Part shown: positions 25,366-37,251 of the stretch, piece after piece
How the letters are laid out: the number at the start of each line of letters is the position of its first letter
How positions within the stretch are numbered: position 1 is the stretch's first letter
Assembly (NCBI GenBank): GCA_043228905.1
Contig: JBHGNT010000013.1
Coordinates: 11,098,001 to 11,162,000 of the forward strand
DNA: 64,000 nucleotides
DNA from: Azolla caroliniana
Taxonomy: Eukaryota > Plantae > Polypodiophyta
Reading direction: 5' to 3'
Made by a program: the position numbers and the translations under genes
The notes under the pieces: generated by a model
What the model was told of the DNA's origin: nothing
Database searches by the model: none
The model's input: only the letters and a program-made list of their open reading frames with translations

Positions 25366-27273
25366 TGCAGTCGCTCTGATACCAGATTGTTAGGGATTGA
25401 CGCTTTCCAACCGTCACCTCTCGGCCACAACCGAGGAAACACGAATCAATGCAGCAGAAAATCGAAAACACAGAGAGAGACTCGAATGCACAGGATTTAT
25501 CGTGGAAAACCCTAGACGGGAAAAACCACGGGAGTGTAAGACTCCAACTATCACTATACGCAGGGAATGTACAATGGCGAGCTGTAAGGCGACGACCTTG
25601 AGCTCGCTGTCCTCGCCACAGGCGGCGGTATTACACAGAGGCGTCGACCTCTTCCTTTCTCTCTCTCTCGGCTGCTCTCACTTCGCTCCCTCTAAGTGGA
25701 AAACAGAAACATGAGCAACAACCCCAACAAACTGTTTGCCCTAAGTCATATTTATACACATATGACTTTCGGGCTATTTACAAATATAGCCTCAAGGACC
25801 CTTGGCAAACATATTCACAGATATGTCCCCGCATCCGGATCTCTCTCCGGGTACATTCATCATCTGGCTCCGTAGCCGGGGTCTTCATCATCCGGCTCCG
25901 TAGCCGGGGTCTTCTTCATCCGGCTCCGTAGCCGGGGTCTTCTTCATCCTCCGGTTCCGTAACCGCAACCGGGCTTGCCGTCATTCATCTCCGGACATCC
26001 CATCCGGAGGGACTGAAATCCCAACACGATCCACTTGTGCCAGAGATCGATGTCTGATTCAATCTTCTGTCATGTAGCAAACATGGCGGTGCCGACGTCA
26101 TTAGTGTTGAGGAGCAACAATCTCCCTTCTCTGCGCCCTTGCGCAATTATCCGGCCTTCTTCCTCGATGAAGCACCCGAGGTGCGTAAACCTTACCGGCA
26201 TTCCCTAGCCGACGATTTGTCCGACCGACACCAGGTTCTTTGTCATAGTTGGAATGTGTAATACGTTCATCAACTTCCCCTTTTGTCCGACATGGCTTAA
26301 AGGGACTTCTCCGACATGCACAATCGGGTGAGGGGTGACGTCTCCAGTTTCGACAATCCCCGGTCGTTCCAGTTTTTCCAAAAAGGAGAACCACTATTCA
26401 TGGCTCGTCATGTGGTTGGATGCTCCGGAATCAACATACCATACTTCCTCCGATTTGGAAGTTGTCTTCTTCATCAAGTTAGCCTTGTGCTTCATCACGA
26501 AGGTTGGCCCTTTATCGGTCTTCCTAGTTCTGGATCCTTCCAATCCTTTTGCGTAGTGCGAGCTTTGTCGGTTTTCCCGACCGGCCTTGCCAGATCCAGA
26601 TTTGTCCGAATCGGCACGCTTCTTCCAGCACTCCCTTTCCCTATGGCCCTTTTAACCACAATACCAGCATTTTGTGTCAGCCTTTCCTTGCCGGTTCCCA
26701 GCGCCGCTTCGACTCCCCCTGCTTGTGGAGGGTCCGGAACTGTTGCCAGCACTGTCTTTGTGCCTTCGGTCCTGCTCTTGCCGGCCGCCTCCATTGCGTG
26801 CCGATCCACCTCGTCCTGCACGTCCACGGGGCCGATCCGACTACGTGTACAATGTTATTCTCTGACCGGACAAGGCCTAACACAAGGTGTCACGGAGACA
26901 CTTCACCAAAGGGTGATTACGGCATAGGATTATGACTCAACGATTACACTGACCTAAGTAGGTTACACGATTAGAGCGCTTTTGTTAATTACACGCGTAA
27001 GATATAACAGTAAGTACAGAACGGAAATCAACACAGAAGTATAAACACCATACGCTCTATTAATTATCCGCTGCGATTACAATGGGGTCCGGGCCTTTAA
27101 ATAGGTTTCCGGCCCGTAGTACAAAACGGTGCCTATCGCACCTATTCGGGATCCGTCCGGATCTGGAACGGCATACCGTTTCCAGTCCGTCCGTCCACAC
27201 TATGCTTATTTACAACCATACTTAATTAATTCCTTCACTCCGTATTTTGGACTCCTTGCCGGCCGGTAACACA

Positions 27274-27290
27274 TGGCACGCCCGTGGGAC
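27274..27290 (+). promoter_or_regulatory. Inverted tRNA-type primer-binding motif at the PPT position of G2
   Basis: TGGCACGCCCGTGGGAC 2 nt from the 3' LTR on the antisense strand; conserved in G3. Confidence 0.7.
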
Positions 27291-27323
27291 AGTACCTTGT
27301 ACGTCGAACCCTTCTCGGCCCCT

Positions 27324-29968
27324 TCATTGTTCACCCAAATTGTCCAAAATACTTTGTTCCAGAGTTTCCAATTGTTCTTCCGGTTGTGGTTGTTGCGGCT
27401 GTGCTTGCTGCTGCTGCTGTGGTTGCGGTTGGGACTGAGACTGCTCCGTTTGTTTCTCTGACTCCGGCATCCCCGTTTGACTGCTTCCGGTCCGGTCTCC
27501 TTCCAGTAACGGGTCCTCATCACTGAGATTGACCGTTACTGGTTCTCGTGCTTTCTCTTCCCGGATCCGGGACCTCTCGTAGCTTTCAAATTGGATCTGC
27601 GCCTCCAGCCTGTCGTCGTCCAGCTGAGCTACAAGTTGCCGGACTTGCCCTAGTTGGTCCTCTGCCAAGGCTTGAAAGTCTTCGGCCAGCTCATCTCTTA
27701 TGCTGGTGAAGTCTTCGGAAGTCAGCATATAGCAATCATCTCCCTCCTTCCGCCGGTTCTCTACGTCGGCCTGGAGCAATTGGAGTTCCGCCGCGTTCGG
27801 GGCCCACTTGGTCCACCATTTGACGGAACCGTTGTCAATCAAGCTCTTGGTCTGGTTCAACCAGGCCCGCATGATATCCTGGATGCGACTTGCTCCCATT
27901 TGCGCTCTACTTTCCACAACTTGTCGTTCCTCCTTCAACTGCTTGATGAGATTAGCCGTATCCTCCGCCTGCTCTCTGTAGCGCGTCAGCTGCCCTTGAT
28001 ATGTTGTTTGCAGCCTCTGCAGTACCTCCACCGCTCTTTCTTTTTCCGCCTGCTGTTGCCTGAGGAGCTCTGTCCGAACCTTCTCCGCCTCTTCCAACTG
28101 TCTTCTGGTTTCCGCTTGTTCCTTAGCGTATGCCGTTGCGGTCCGATCAACTTCTTGCCGGAGCTCATCCGTCCGTTCCTTGTGCTCCGTTTGCAACCGT
28201 TTATACTCCCGGTGCAAGTGCTCAAATTCCTCCGTTTTTTGTTTGAGCTTGCCGTTGATCTGGCGATGGTTCCGGTCCTCCCGGTCCTTTAGCTGCCGGA
28301 GTTCCTCTTTCAAGCGCTCTACTTCTGTTTCGGCGTTTCTCCGGAGCCTGTCCTTCTCTTGTAGCATTTTCTCCTTCTCCTCCTTGAGCCACTCGTACGC
28401 TTGGTGGCCTTTTCGTAAGCTCTCCTCGGCCCGGCGTAGATTCTCAGCAGTCTTTTTGAGTTCTGCCTCCGCTGCCGTCTTCAACTCTCTTTCGCGGCTC
28501 CTCAGCGCTTCTTGGGCAGCTAGCTCATCCTTTAAGTCCGCAAGCTCTTGGGCTTGTGCCGCATTTCTCTCCGGAACGGTTTCCGTTGCCGGGGTCTGAT
28601 TGCTATGTACAGGTTGATCTGACGCTTTATTCTGTACATTGCCCGGAGTCACCGGTGCTTGGACTTGTGTTGTCAAAGCCAATTGAGCCATTTCCCTTGT
28701 GACCCTGTCCAAGTCTTGTTCAAGGCTCCGGATTCTGGACCGGGCCGTCTCTAGATCTACGGTTGTGACGAGCAACCGTTCGTGGTGCGCTCTCTCCTCC
28801 GCCTCTATGTACTCGACCGCTCCAGCGATCTGCTCGCCTACCCACTGTAGCCACATGCTACTGGTGCCTTGCTGCTGTACTGGTTGGGTCGGCTCGTTCA
28901 CTGTGGAATTGTCTGGCCTGAGTGCCTGTATCTGCCGTTCTGGTTCTACTCCTTGGCCGCTGTGTGTGCTGGCTAGGATCGCCAGCTGTTGAGTTCCGGT
29001 TCTCGCCGTCTCCGGAGCCGTTGGAATGACTTCTTGTATAGAAGTCGACAAGGCCGGTTCTATACGCACCGGTTCCGGTTCCTCCCTTGTGGTTTGCTCA
29101 GGTTGAGTTGGGGGCGTTTCTTCCTTTTGCGGGTCCGAACGCTCCCCCGCTGTCCCGACGGTCCTACTTCTTGACCGTCGTTGGAGGTGCTCTACTGGCT
29201 CCTCCGTTTCCTCTTCCTGGGTAACGGCATGTATCTGTGCCGTCAAGGGTTCTGGTTCCTTCTGTCCCGGTCGCCGTATGGTTATCTTAACGGGTCGAAC
29301 CGGTGACACCTCCTCCGGTTCTGGGAGCCGTTTCTTCCCTTTCGTCGCCTTCGACGCCAGCAACTGCTGTCGTTTGGACGCGGGTTTCGAGGTGCTTCCT
29401 TCCGATAATCTTGGCCGCTTCTTTGGCTGGACGGTCTCGACCGGCGGCGCGAGCAATGTTATCCACTGAGCTACGACATGCCATAGCTTCCGGCCCTCCT
29501 TGCCGTCCTTTCCTCGTACCGTGTCGATTGCCGCGCACAAACCGTCTGCAATCAACACCGGCCAATCCACCTTGATCCCTTCATAGGTGGCTATGATCAT
29601 CCCTGCCCGTTTTTTGGCATGACAGGGGGTCGGGGGTACACGTGGCCGTACTCATGGAGCACTCGAGCTATCTCCCTCAATAGCGGATCTTCGCCGCCCT
29701 GCGTTCGATAGCCTTTGCCGGCTAGAGAGTACTCTCCGAAATATCGGATGAGTTGCTCCGAGGTTGGGTTATCGATCTGAAAAATACCTCCCTCCGGAAG
29801 TCCTGTTAGCGCACGGATCGCTTCCTCGGTGATGACTTCTGTGTCGAGCTCCTTGATGACCCGGTCGGCTTCTTTGTGCGGTGGTGCCTCCATGATGGTC
29901 AAGAACCCATCCAGTCCGTGTTGCCTGAGCCATTTCCTGGCCGCTTCCGACAGCGTTTGTGGTTCCAT
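27324..29968 (-). CDS. G2 ORF3: PMD-like N-terminus, basic segment, long coiled coil (about 880 aa; 1-bp frameshift near 29610)
   Basis: ORFs 29597-29968 and 27324-29600 align to the continuous N-terminal ORF of G3; ITEEAIRALTGLPEGG motif; E/K/R/Q heptads. Confidence 0.8.
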
Positions 29969-30243
29969 GTCTGCTTCGAGGTCGAGGAAAGATGGCGCGG
30001 TAGAGTGGTGATGAGAGTGAGAGCGAGAGAGAGAGAGTTCCGAACGTGGGGGTTCTCTGAGTGCAGGTTCGCGTTTGCTAGGCTTCCACTGCCTTGGTGC
30101 TTCTGTGCGTCTTGGCGCCTTTTCCGAGCATGCGCACGTCGTGTACCAATTTAGTATTAAGTAATGTGGCGGCTCTTAAATGCCCACTACGTACCTTTTC
30201 GCTCCTTGCTTTCACGTCCGTTCATACCTCGATTTTTAATGAT

Positions 30244-30244
30244 T

Positions 30245-30279
<35 letters not shown>

Positions 30280-30288
30280 TTATTAATA
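30244..30288. repeat. (ATTT)n tract just after G2 pol
   Basis: Read directly; equivalent tract in G3 at 50176-50269. Confidence 0.9.
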
Positions 30289-30305
30289 AATGACGGTATG
30301 TGATC

Positions 30306-33300
30306 TTACACATCCGTAGGTCCCTTCGGACCCTTACCGTTTTCCTTACGGGTTGCCGTGTCTTCCTTCGCCTCTGCTACGGGTTCCCCGTCGTCTTTTT
30401 CTTCCATCCGTACCGTTCCCGGTATAGTGCCGGTGGGCTGCATAAACGGGTTATTTGGCATCGGTCCTTTATAGGGCTTTAGTCTAAATCCGTTGACCCA
30501 CTTGCCTAGCACTTCACCGGCAAGTGTCCCTAACTGATAGGACCCGTTGTATTCCCGTGTCAGCCAATACGGGCCTGTCCATCTAAACCGGAGTTTACCC
30601 GGCATCTTGCCCATCCTCGTTTGGAATACTAGCACCGGCTTTCCGATTTCGAACATCTTTTCATTACCTTTCCGGTGACGGTCAACGAACGCTTTCCGTC
30701 GTCGTTGCTCCAGTTCCATGTGTAGGATGCTGGCCAGCCGTTGCTCCTCTAGTTCGCATAGTGCTGCTAGCCGCATTTCCTCCGACTCCTTTTCATTCAG
30801 CCGTTCCCGTAGTTGGATCCGTAAGCTTGGTACCTGAAATTCCATCGGCATGACCGCCTCTAAGCCGAACGCTAACCGGAACGGCGTTGTCCGGATACTT
30901 GTTTTGTATGCCATTCGGTATGCCCATAGCGCGCTATGGAGCTTTGTATCCCAGTCCGTCCGGTTTTCATTGACGATTTTGCGGAGAATGTTCTGGAGCG
31001 TTTTGTTGGTTGACTCTGCTAACCCGTTTGCTTGTGGGTAGTACGGTGTGCTCCGTTTATGGACCACGGCATAGAACGTTGTTAAGCTTTCAACTACCTG
31101 GCCGAGGAAGTGCCCTCCTTGGTCGCTGATTAATTCAATCGGACATCCATATCGGCACCAAATGTTTTCGTACAGGAATTTTGCTGTGGATGACGCGGTG
31201 TTGTCTCTCAAGGCCTTAGCCTCCACCCATTTAGTGCAATAATCTGTTGCCACGATGACATAACGATTACCCGTTCTCATTGCCGGTGGCTTGAACGGTC
31301 CGACAAAATCTAACCCCCACTTCTGGAATGGCTCTAGTGGAAGTACCGGTTGGTGTGGCATCCGTGCTTGCTCCGTAGGCTGGCCCATTCGTTGGCATAG
31401 GTCACATTCCTTAGCATACTTGACGGCGTCTTTTAACGTCGTGGGCCACCATAAGCCGCTCTGCCATACTTTCCTTGTCGTCGCTTCCCCGGCATAGTGT
31501 CCTCCGGCAACCCCACAGTGTGCTTCCCGTAAGATTACTTGTTTCTCGTCACTACGGACTGCCCGTCTCCATATTCCATCTGCTCCCTTGTGGTAGAGAG
31601 TGTCCCGTAACAGACAGAAATTGCAGCTCTGCACCGCCAGTCGTTTCCTCTCGTCCCGGTTCATTTCCTCCGGTGGCAGGCCCGTGCTTAGGAACTGGTG
31701 CATGTTTGTCAGCCACCTATCTTCTGATGCCACCGTGTCGTCCGCTGCCGTTTCCGGGGTGATACGGAATAACTCTGCGTCCGGGAATTCATTCGATACT
31801 CCGTCGCCTGATTCTCCGGACTCTAACCGGCTCAGGTAGTCTGCTATGGCATGCTGGATACCGGGCCGGTGGAAGATCTCGAATTCGAACTCCTGCAACA
31901 GCAAGGTCCAACGGGCCAACTTACCGGTCAGGGACGCCTTGGACACCAAGTACAGGAGCGCCGAGTGATCCACATGAAAGGAGAACTTCCTTCCCAATAG
32001 GTAATGACGAAACTTTGTGACACTGTAGATCATGCCCAGGGCCTCCCGTTCCATCGTCGAAAAGTTCTACTCCGCTTGGGACAGCTTCCGGCTGGCGTAA
32101 TATACCGGCCGGTACCATTTAGGCTCCGTAAGTTGCATTAAGGCGCTGCCGATAGCGATGTCGGAAGCGTTAACGAACACATGAAATTCCTTGCTCCAAT
32201 CCGGAGGCTGCACGACGGGTGCTTGCGACAAAAGTACCTTTAGGGCATTGTATGCCTTATCCTCCGTATCCGTCCATTGGAACGGTTTCCGATGTACCGC
32301 GGTGTGTAATGGTGTAGCCAAGTCAGCCAAGTGACGGAGCATCCGGCTGTGCCACCGGATCTGTCCTAAGAATCGGCTTAGTGCTTTGGCCGTTTTCGGC
32401 GCCGGTGCCCCTAGTATCGCGTTTACTTTGTCCGGGTCGACCGCAATGCCCTCCTTACTTACAATGTGTCCCAGTAATATTCCACTTGAAACCCCAAAGA
32501 TGCATTTTGCTGGGTTTAAGCTTAGCCGGTATAACCTACACTTTTCAAGGCATAACCGTAGGTGCTGCAAATGGTCTTTTTCCCGGCTATAGACTGCAAA
32601 GTCATCCAGGAAAACCTGCATGAAGGCTAGAATGTATTCACCGAAGATCTCCATGATGATTCGCTGGAAAGTTGCTGGTGCCGTTTTTAGTCCGAACATC
32701 ATTACTACGGCCACAAACACCCCCCATTCGGTGACGAACGCTGTCTTCTCCTGGTCGTCAGGGTGCATCCGGATTTGATTGTATCCGCTGAACCCGTCTA
32801 AAAAGCTATAAACTTCATGGCCGGCGACGGCATCCAGTACTCCATCCATGAACGGAAGAGGGAATGCATCCGTAATTGTGGCTGCATTTAGTTTCCTGTA
32901 ATCTACACACACGCGGATTTTACCGTTCTTCTTTGGGACGACGACGATGGGGCTCAGCCACGTCGCTTTCTTTACCGGCCGGATGAAGCCCACTCTTAGG
33001 AGTTTGTCGATTTCCTCCTTCACTTTGGCGGCGTAGTTGGGGTTCATTCGGTAACGTCTTTGCGCCACTGGTTTCGCGTCCTTGCCTAAGTGGATCTGAT
33101 GCTGATATAATTGAGGGTCCAGCCCTCGCATGTCTTCGTATGACCAGGCGAATACGTCGCGAAACTCCGTGAGAAGTTTGATCATCGCCGCTTTATCTTC
33201 CGGCTTCATTTCTTTGCCGATGTGTACCGGCTTTGATTCGTCCTTGCTTCCTAGGTTCACTTCGTCGAGCTGGGATGTTTTTACCCGTTGGGAAACGGCC

Positions 33301-35861
33301 ATTTCCCGTTCCAACGCTTCCTGTGCTTGCTGTAATTCCCGGATCGAATCTTTGTCTGGTTCGGCTTCGGTTTCGTCCCGCTGCGGCAAGTATGGCGCTA
33401 CGGCTTCAGCTACGTCAATCTCGAAGAGTGGTACGATCTTCGGGTGTTCCTCCAAGTACTGGGCTTCTTCGTCGTCTGCCAACCCTTCAAGCATGTTCAC
33501 GCATTCCGCATACAGCGGTGTGCATTCCTTACCGTTGCTCGTCCGTGGTTGTGTTGGTACCCGGACCTTGGCTTTTCCGCGCCGGAAGGTAATCATATTT
33601 TTCCGCCAATTTTGCTTGATGTGTGCTGTTTTCAACCATGGTCTGCCCAGCAACAGTGGGTACGCGCCTTGCGCCTGTAGCTGCAGCACGACAGCCGAGA
33701 TGTGAAATGTGTGACCTCCTATGGTGACTTCCAATAACGGACATGGCTCCCATTCATGTATACCCAAGGCATCACACGTGCGGAGGCTTATTACGTTCAC
33801 CCCGGAACCTCCATCGATTACTGTGCCGGGAAGTTCGTGCCCTTTGACAATAGCTGTAATCACCGGACTACTAGTGTCCACCACCGTCGGTCCCTCCTCC
33901 GGATTCGAGAAGAGGACTGGTGCCGGTGGGGCTATACCGTCTGTCATGACTGTTTTTAGTCCTTCCGTAAATCGCGGCACGAGCTGCAAGAGTCTTCCTA
34001 ATGGCAACGTGATCTGACATTCTTGCAGTGCTTGCCATGTCTCGTTTTCTGCATGGCTACCGCCGGCATTCCCTATGGTATTCGCCTTTTGCCGTTCCGC
34101 GTCCGCGACGTTCCTTTCATTGGCTTCCTTCACCCATTCCGTCGCCTGTTTTCGTATGGCCTCTTGTGTTTCCCACTCTTTGGCCATGCCTTTCGACTGT
34201 GTGGTTACTTGCTGTACATCCGCCACTTCCGGAACCACCATATTAACTGCTGGTCGTTTATCGTAGCTCTTTGCTGGGCACTGGTTACTGTAGTGGCCTT
34301 CCTGCCTGCAGTAATAGCAGTACTCTTTACGGATATTGCTGGATTCAGCATTGCTGGTAGCCGGAGTCGGTCCCGTAGTGAGTGGTGCGTTCTGTGCCGG
34401 TTGGCTCCTTGGGGTTCCATGTTCCGGGTCCCTAGGGTGACTACCTTTCTTGAAATTACGTTTCTTATTATTCTTATTTTTATTTCGGTAGTCCTGTCGC
34501 GGTGGATCGTAACATCGGCCGTAGTCCTCCTGGTGCCTTCGGTAACCAGGGGAATGGTCTCTGTCGTATTGCTCGTGTCGTCTGTTGGACTCCCGATAAC
34601 GGTCTGATCGCTCATACCGGTCGTAGTTATCATGCCGATCCCCGTACCGGCCACCATTCTCTTATCTGTCTCCGTACCAGACATCCTGTGCCGGTCGGTA
34701 CCGGTTCATTCTTTGCCAACGATCGTCATCTTCGTCTCGGCTGCTTCTTGGCTCGATCCGTCGGACGGGTGGTGCTTGTCGGTTTAACAGGTTATACTCG
34801 CACCGGTCCATTGTATGACTCTTGGATTGACAAATCACACACTGGGTTCGCATGGTGCACTCCACTGCCGAGTGTCCAGCATTCAAGCAGATTGTGCATT
34901 GAATTGCTTGCCGGAACCGGAGATCTTCATCGGTGGGTAACGCCCGTTGCAGTGTTCCCAGTGTAAGCCATGAGCTTGACTTTTCCATTTCTCTGACCCG
35001 GTCAATGACCTGGTCAATGGTGCTTCCTCGAAAGTCGATTACCGTACATACCGTGCGTAACGGTTCCCGGAGTGCGTTTAAAAATATCGTCCGTAATTCC
35101 TCCTCCGGGGGTGCACGGGCAAGCTGGCTATGCATTCGTTGGAAACGGATGACGAATTGGGGAATGCTTTTCCCTGCCTCCTGTCGGATCGTATAAAACA
35201 TGCCCACCATTGTCGTCTGGTCAACCTCCTTGTGGAAAAAATGCAAGAATTTTGCTTTTAATTCTGCAAAGGTTGTGATGGTCGCCGGGTCCTGCGTCCG
35301 CCGCCATCGTGCCGCTGGTCCTTCCAACGTGACCCCGAATTCCGCTATCTTCGAGCGTTCTTCTTCCTCCGGTGTCATTCGCTGGGACGCGTGATTTGCT
35401 TCCCATGTCTGCTCGAAGGCATGAACATGCGCTTCCGCATCCGGATCATCGCGATACTTTGAGTATTGGAACGGCAGGTCGTCGTCCAGTATTAGGCCGC
35501 GGTTTAGTGGCGTTTGTTGATATCTTTCCGGTTTTCTCTCCGGTTCCACTTCCGGTTCTTTTGCCGGTGCTTTTTCCGGTTCCTCTTCCGGTTCTTTTTC
35601 CGGTTCCTTCACCGGCTCTTCTTCCGGTACCTTCGCCGGCTCTTTCGTTGGTGTCGGTGGCTTTGCTTCTTCCACTTCCGGTGTTGGTGGGTTGACGGCT
35701 TCCGTTTGCGGTTCCGGATAGCCCTGGTCGAACGGTTCCGGTTCTGGAGTCGGCACGGTATCCGACCCGTCGTCCTCCGGGCTGCCGGGGGTATCGTTGC
35801 TGCTCCGTTCGGCGAGGCGTCGAGCTCGGTCTGTAACCAAGTCGTGCGTTGGTCTCGTCAT
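30306..35861 (-). pseudogene. G2 gag-pol with few lesions
   Basis: ORFs 34662-35861 (gag), 32067-34241 (IDGGS protease, FLDD RT), 30306-32054 (RH-INT; SDQGGHF, YYPQANGLAE, GPY). Confidence 0.93.
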
Positions 35862-35896
35862 CCATTACCGTCGTTCGCTGCGAGAAAGCAGGAATC

Positions 35897-35906
35897 GTGG
35901 TCGCCA
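35897..35906 (-). promoter_or_regulatory. G2 PBS, tRNA-Arg-like
   Basis: TGGCGACCAC 6 nt after the 5' LTR; identical in G3 (56243-56252); tRNA identity from recall. Confidence 0.75.
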
Positions 35907-37210
35907 AAACTGTGTTATTCTCTGACCGGACAAGGCCTAACACAAGGTGTCACGGAGACACTTCACCAAAGGGTGATTACGGCATAGGATTATGACTTAA
36001 CGATTACACCGACCTAAGTAGGTTACACGATTAGAGCGCTTTTGTTAATTACACGCGTAAGATATAACAGTAAGTACAGAACGGAAATCAACACAGAAGT
36101 ATAAACACCATACGCTCTATTAATTATCCGCTGCGATTACAATGGGGTCCGGGCCTTTAAATAGGTTTCCGGCCCGTAGTACAAAACGGTGCCTATCGCA
36201 CCTATTCGGGATCCGTCCGGATCTGGAACGGCATACCGTTTCCAGTCCGTCCGTCCACACTATGCTTATTTACAACCATACTTAATTAATTCCTTCACTC
36301 CGTATTTTGGACTCCTTGCCGGCCGGTAACATACAACATGCGGCTGTCCGATTGAGTGGTCCTCAAGCCGCTCGCATGGTTTTCTTCGATCATTAGGATT
36401 GATTGCAAGTCGAAGAAGGACGATGGCTTCTCCAGGGTGTAGATCGCTGTCCGGATTGGCCCATACGATTGTGCTAGACCATTGAAGCAGATTTGGACAA
36501 TCTTGTCTTCGTCCACCATCACGTTGATGGACCCGAGCATTGTCGTGAAGAAAACCGGCCATAGGCGGAATCGAAGAAAAAGGCGCATGAACCGGCTCTT
36601 ACACGGGTGGACGCGAGGATTGATATATTGTACATAATTCGTAGTTAGGGCGACTGGTGTAAATACTAGGTAGTGCATATTTATTAGGGGATTTTGTGCG
36701 TATCTCTGTCGACGGGACAGGGAATAAAGTAGTTTGGCTGAGGAAAAGGGGCACCCCTTTTTGGGGGAACTATTTAAGGAGAGAGAGGAGGAGGGAACAG
36801 GTATCGCGCACTAGGTAGGATGAAGTGCTGCTGCAGATCTGAGTGCCGAGCTCTCTCTTCTCCTCCGGCCGTCGGTCTCTGTGGGTCGGGAGCTCGCTGC
36901 CTCTGCTTCGTGGACAGCCCGTGCGCTTCCAGTAGAGGCTCTCCCCCCCCCTTTTTTTTTGTTTGTTTCTGGGAGTCGAGCGAGTGCTATATGTGTGTGT
37001 GAGTAGGATCCCCGTGTCAGGTCCATCACCGCCTTGTCGGTTGTAACCGTCAAAGTTGTATTCTCTTGTTATTGAAATCAAGTGTTACATTCTATATCTC
37101 TCCTTCTCGCTTCGCGTATCTACAAATCTCTCTCTCTCTCTCTCTCCTCGGTTCAAGACCCCCGTGGTCCCGCCCCTTCTACATGCATGCGCATAACAAC
37201 GCGACATATT

Positions 37211-37227
37211 TGGTGAACCCGACGTGA
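37211..37227 (+). promoter_or_regulatory. G4 PBS complementary to the tRNA-Trp 3' end
   Basis: TGGTGAACCCGACGTGA 4 nt after the 5' LTR; matches recalled plant tRNA-Trp ...TCACGTCGGGTTCA-CCA. Confidence 0.8.
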
Positions 37228-37251
37228 ACGGGGCGGCAAAGGAGTCGAAAG

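Larger units (their letters stand above)
20641..26026 (-). mobile_element. Copia A3, full length, young
   Basis: Near-identical LTRs 20641-21281 and 25388-26026; TSD CGATC at 20636-20640 and 26027-26031; PBS 25373-25384; PPT next to 21281. Confidence 0.97.
26853..36331 (-). mobile_element. Non-chromovirus gypsy G2 (Athila/Tat-related) with extra 3' ORF
   Basis: 419-bp LTRs 26853-27271 and 35913-36331; TSD TACAA at 26848-26852 and 36332-36336; gag-PR-RT-RH-INT then ORF3. Confidence 0.96.

Noticed and set aside
27274-27290. tRNA gene, or G2 actually oriented on the plus strand
   Set aside because: Only about 17 nt of tRNA-like sequence; ORFs, TATA-like box and the other PBS all indicate minus orientation
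27324-29600. ORF3 as a retroviral env or a captured host myosin/SMC gene
   Set aside because: No transmembrane or signal segment and no motor or ATPase motifs; the coiled-coil similarity is generic
1-36331. Apparent strand bias (all early elements on minus)
   Set aside because: Across the window, insertions are about 6 parallel and 4 antiparallel to their hosts; not convincing
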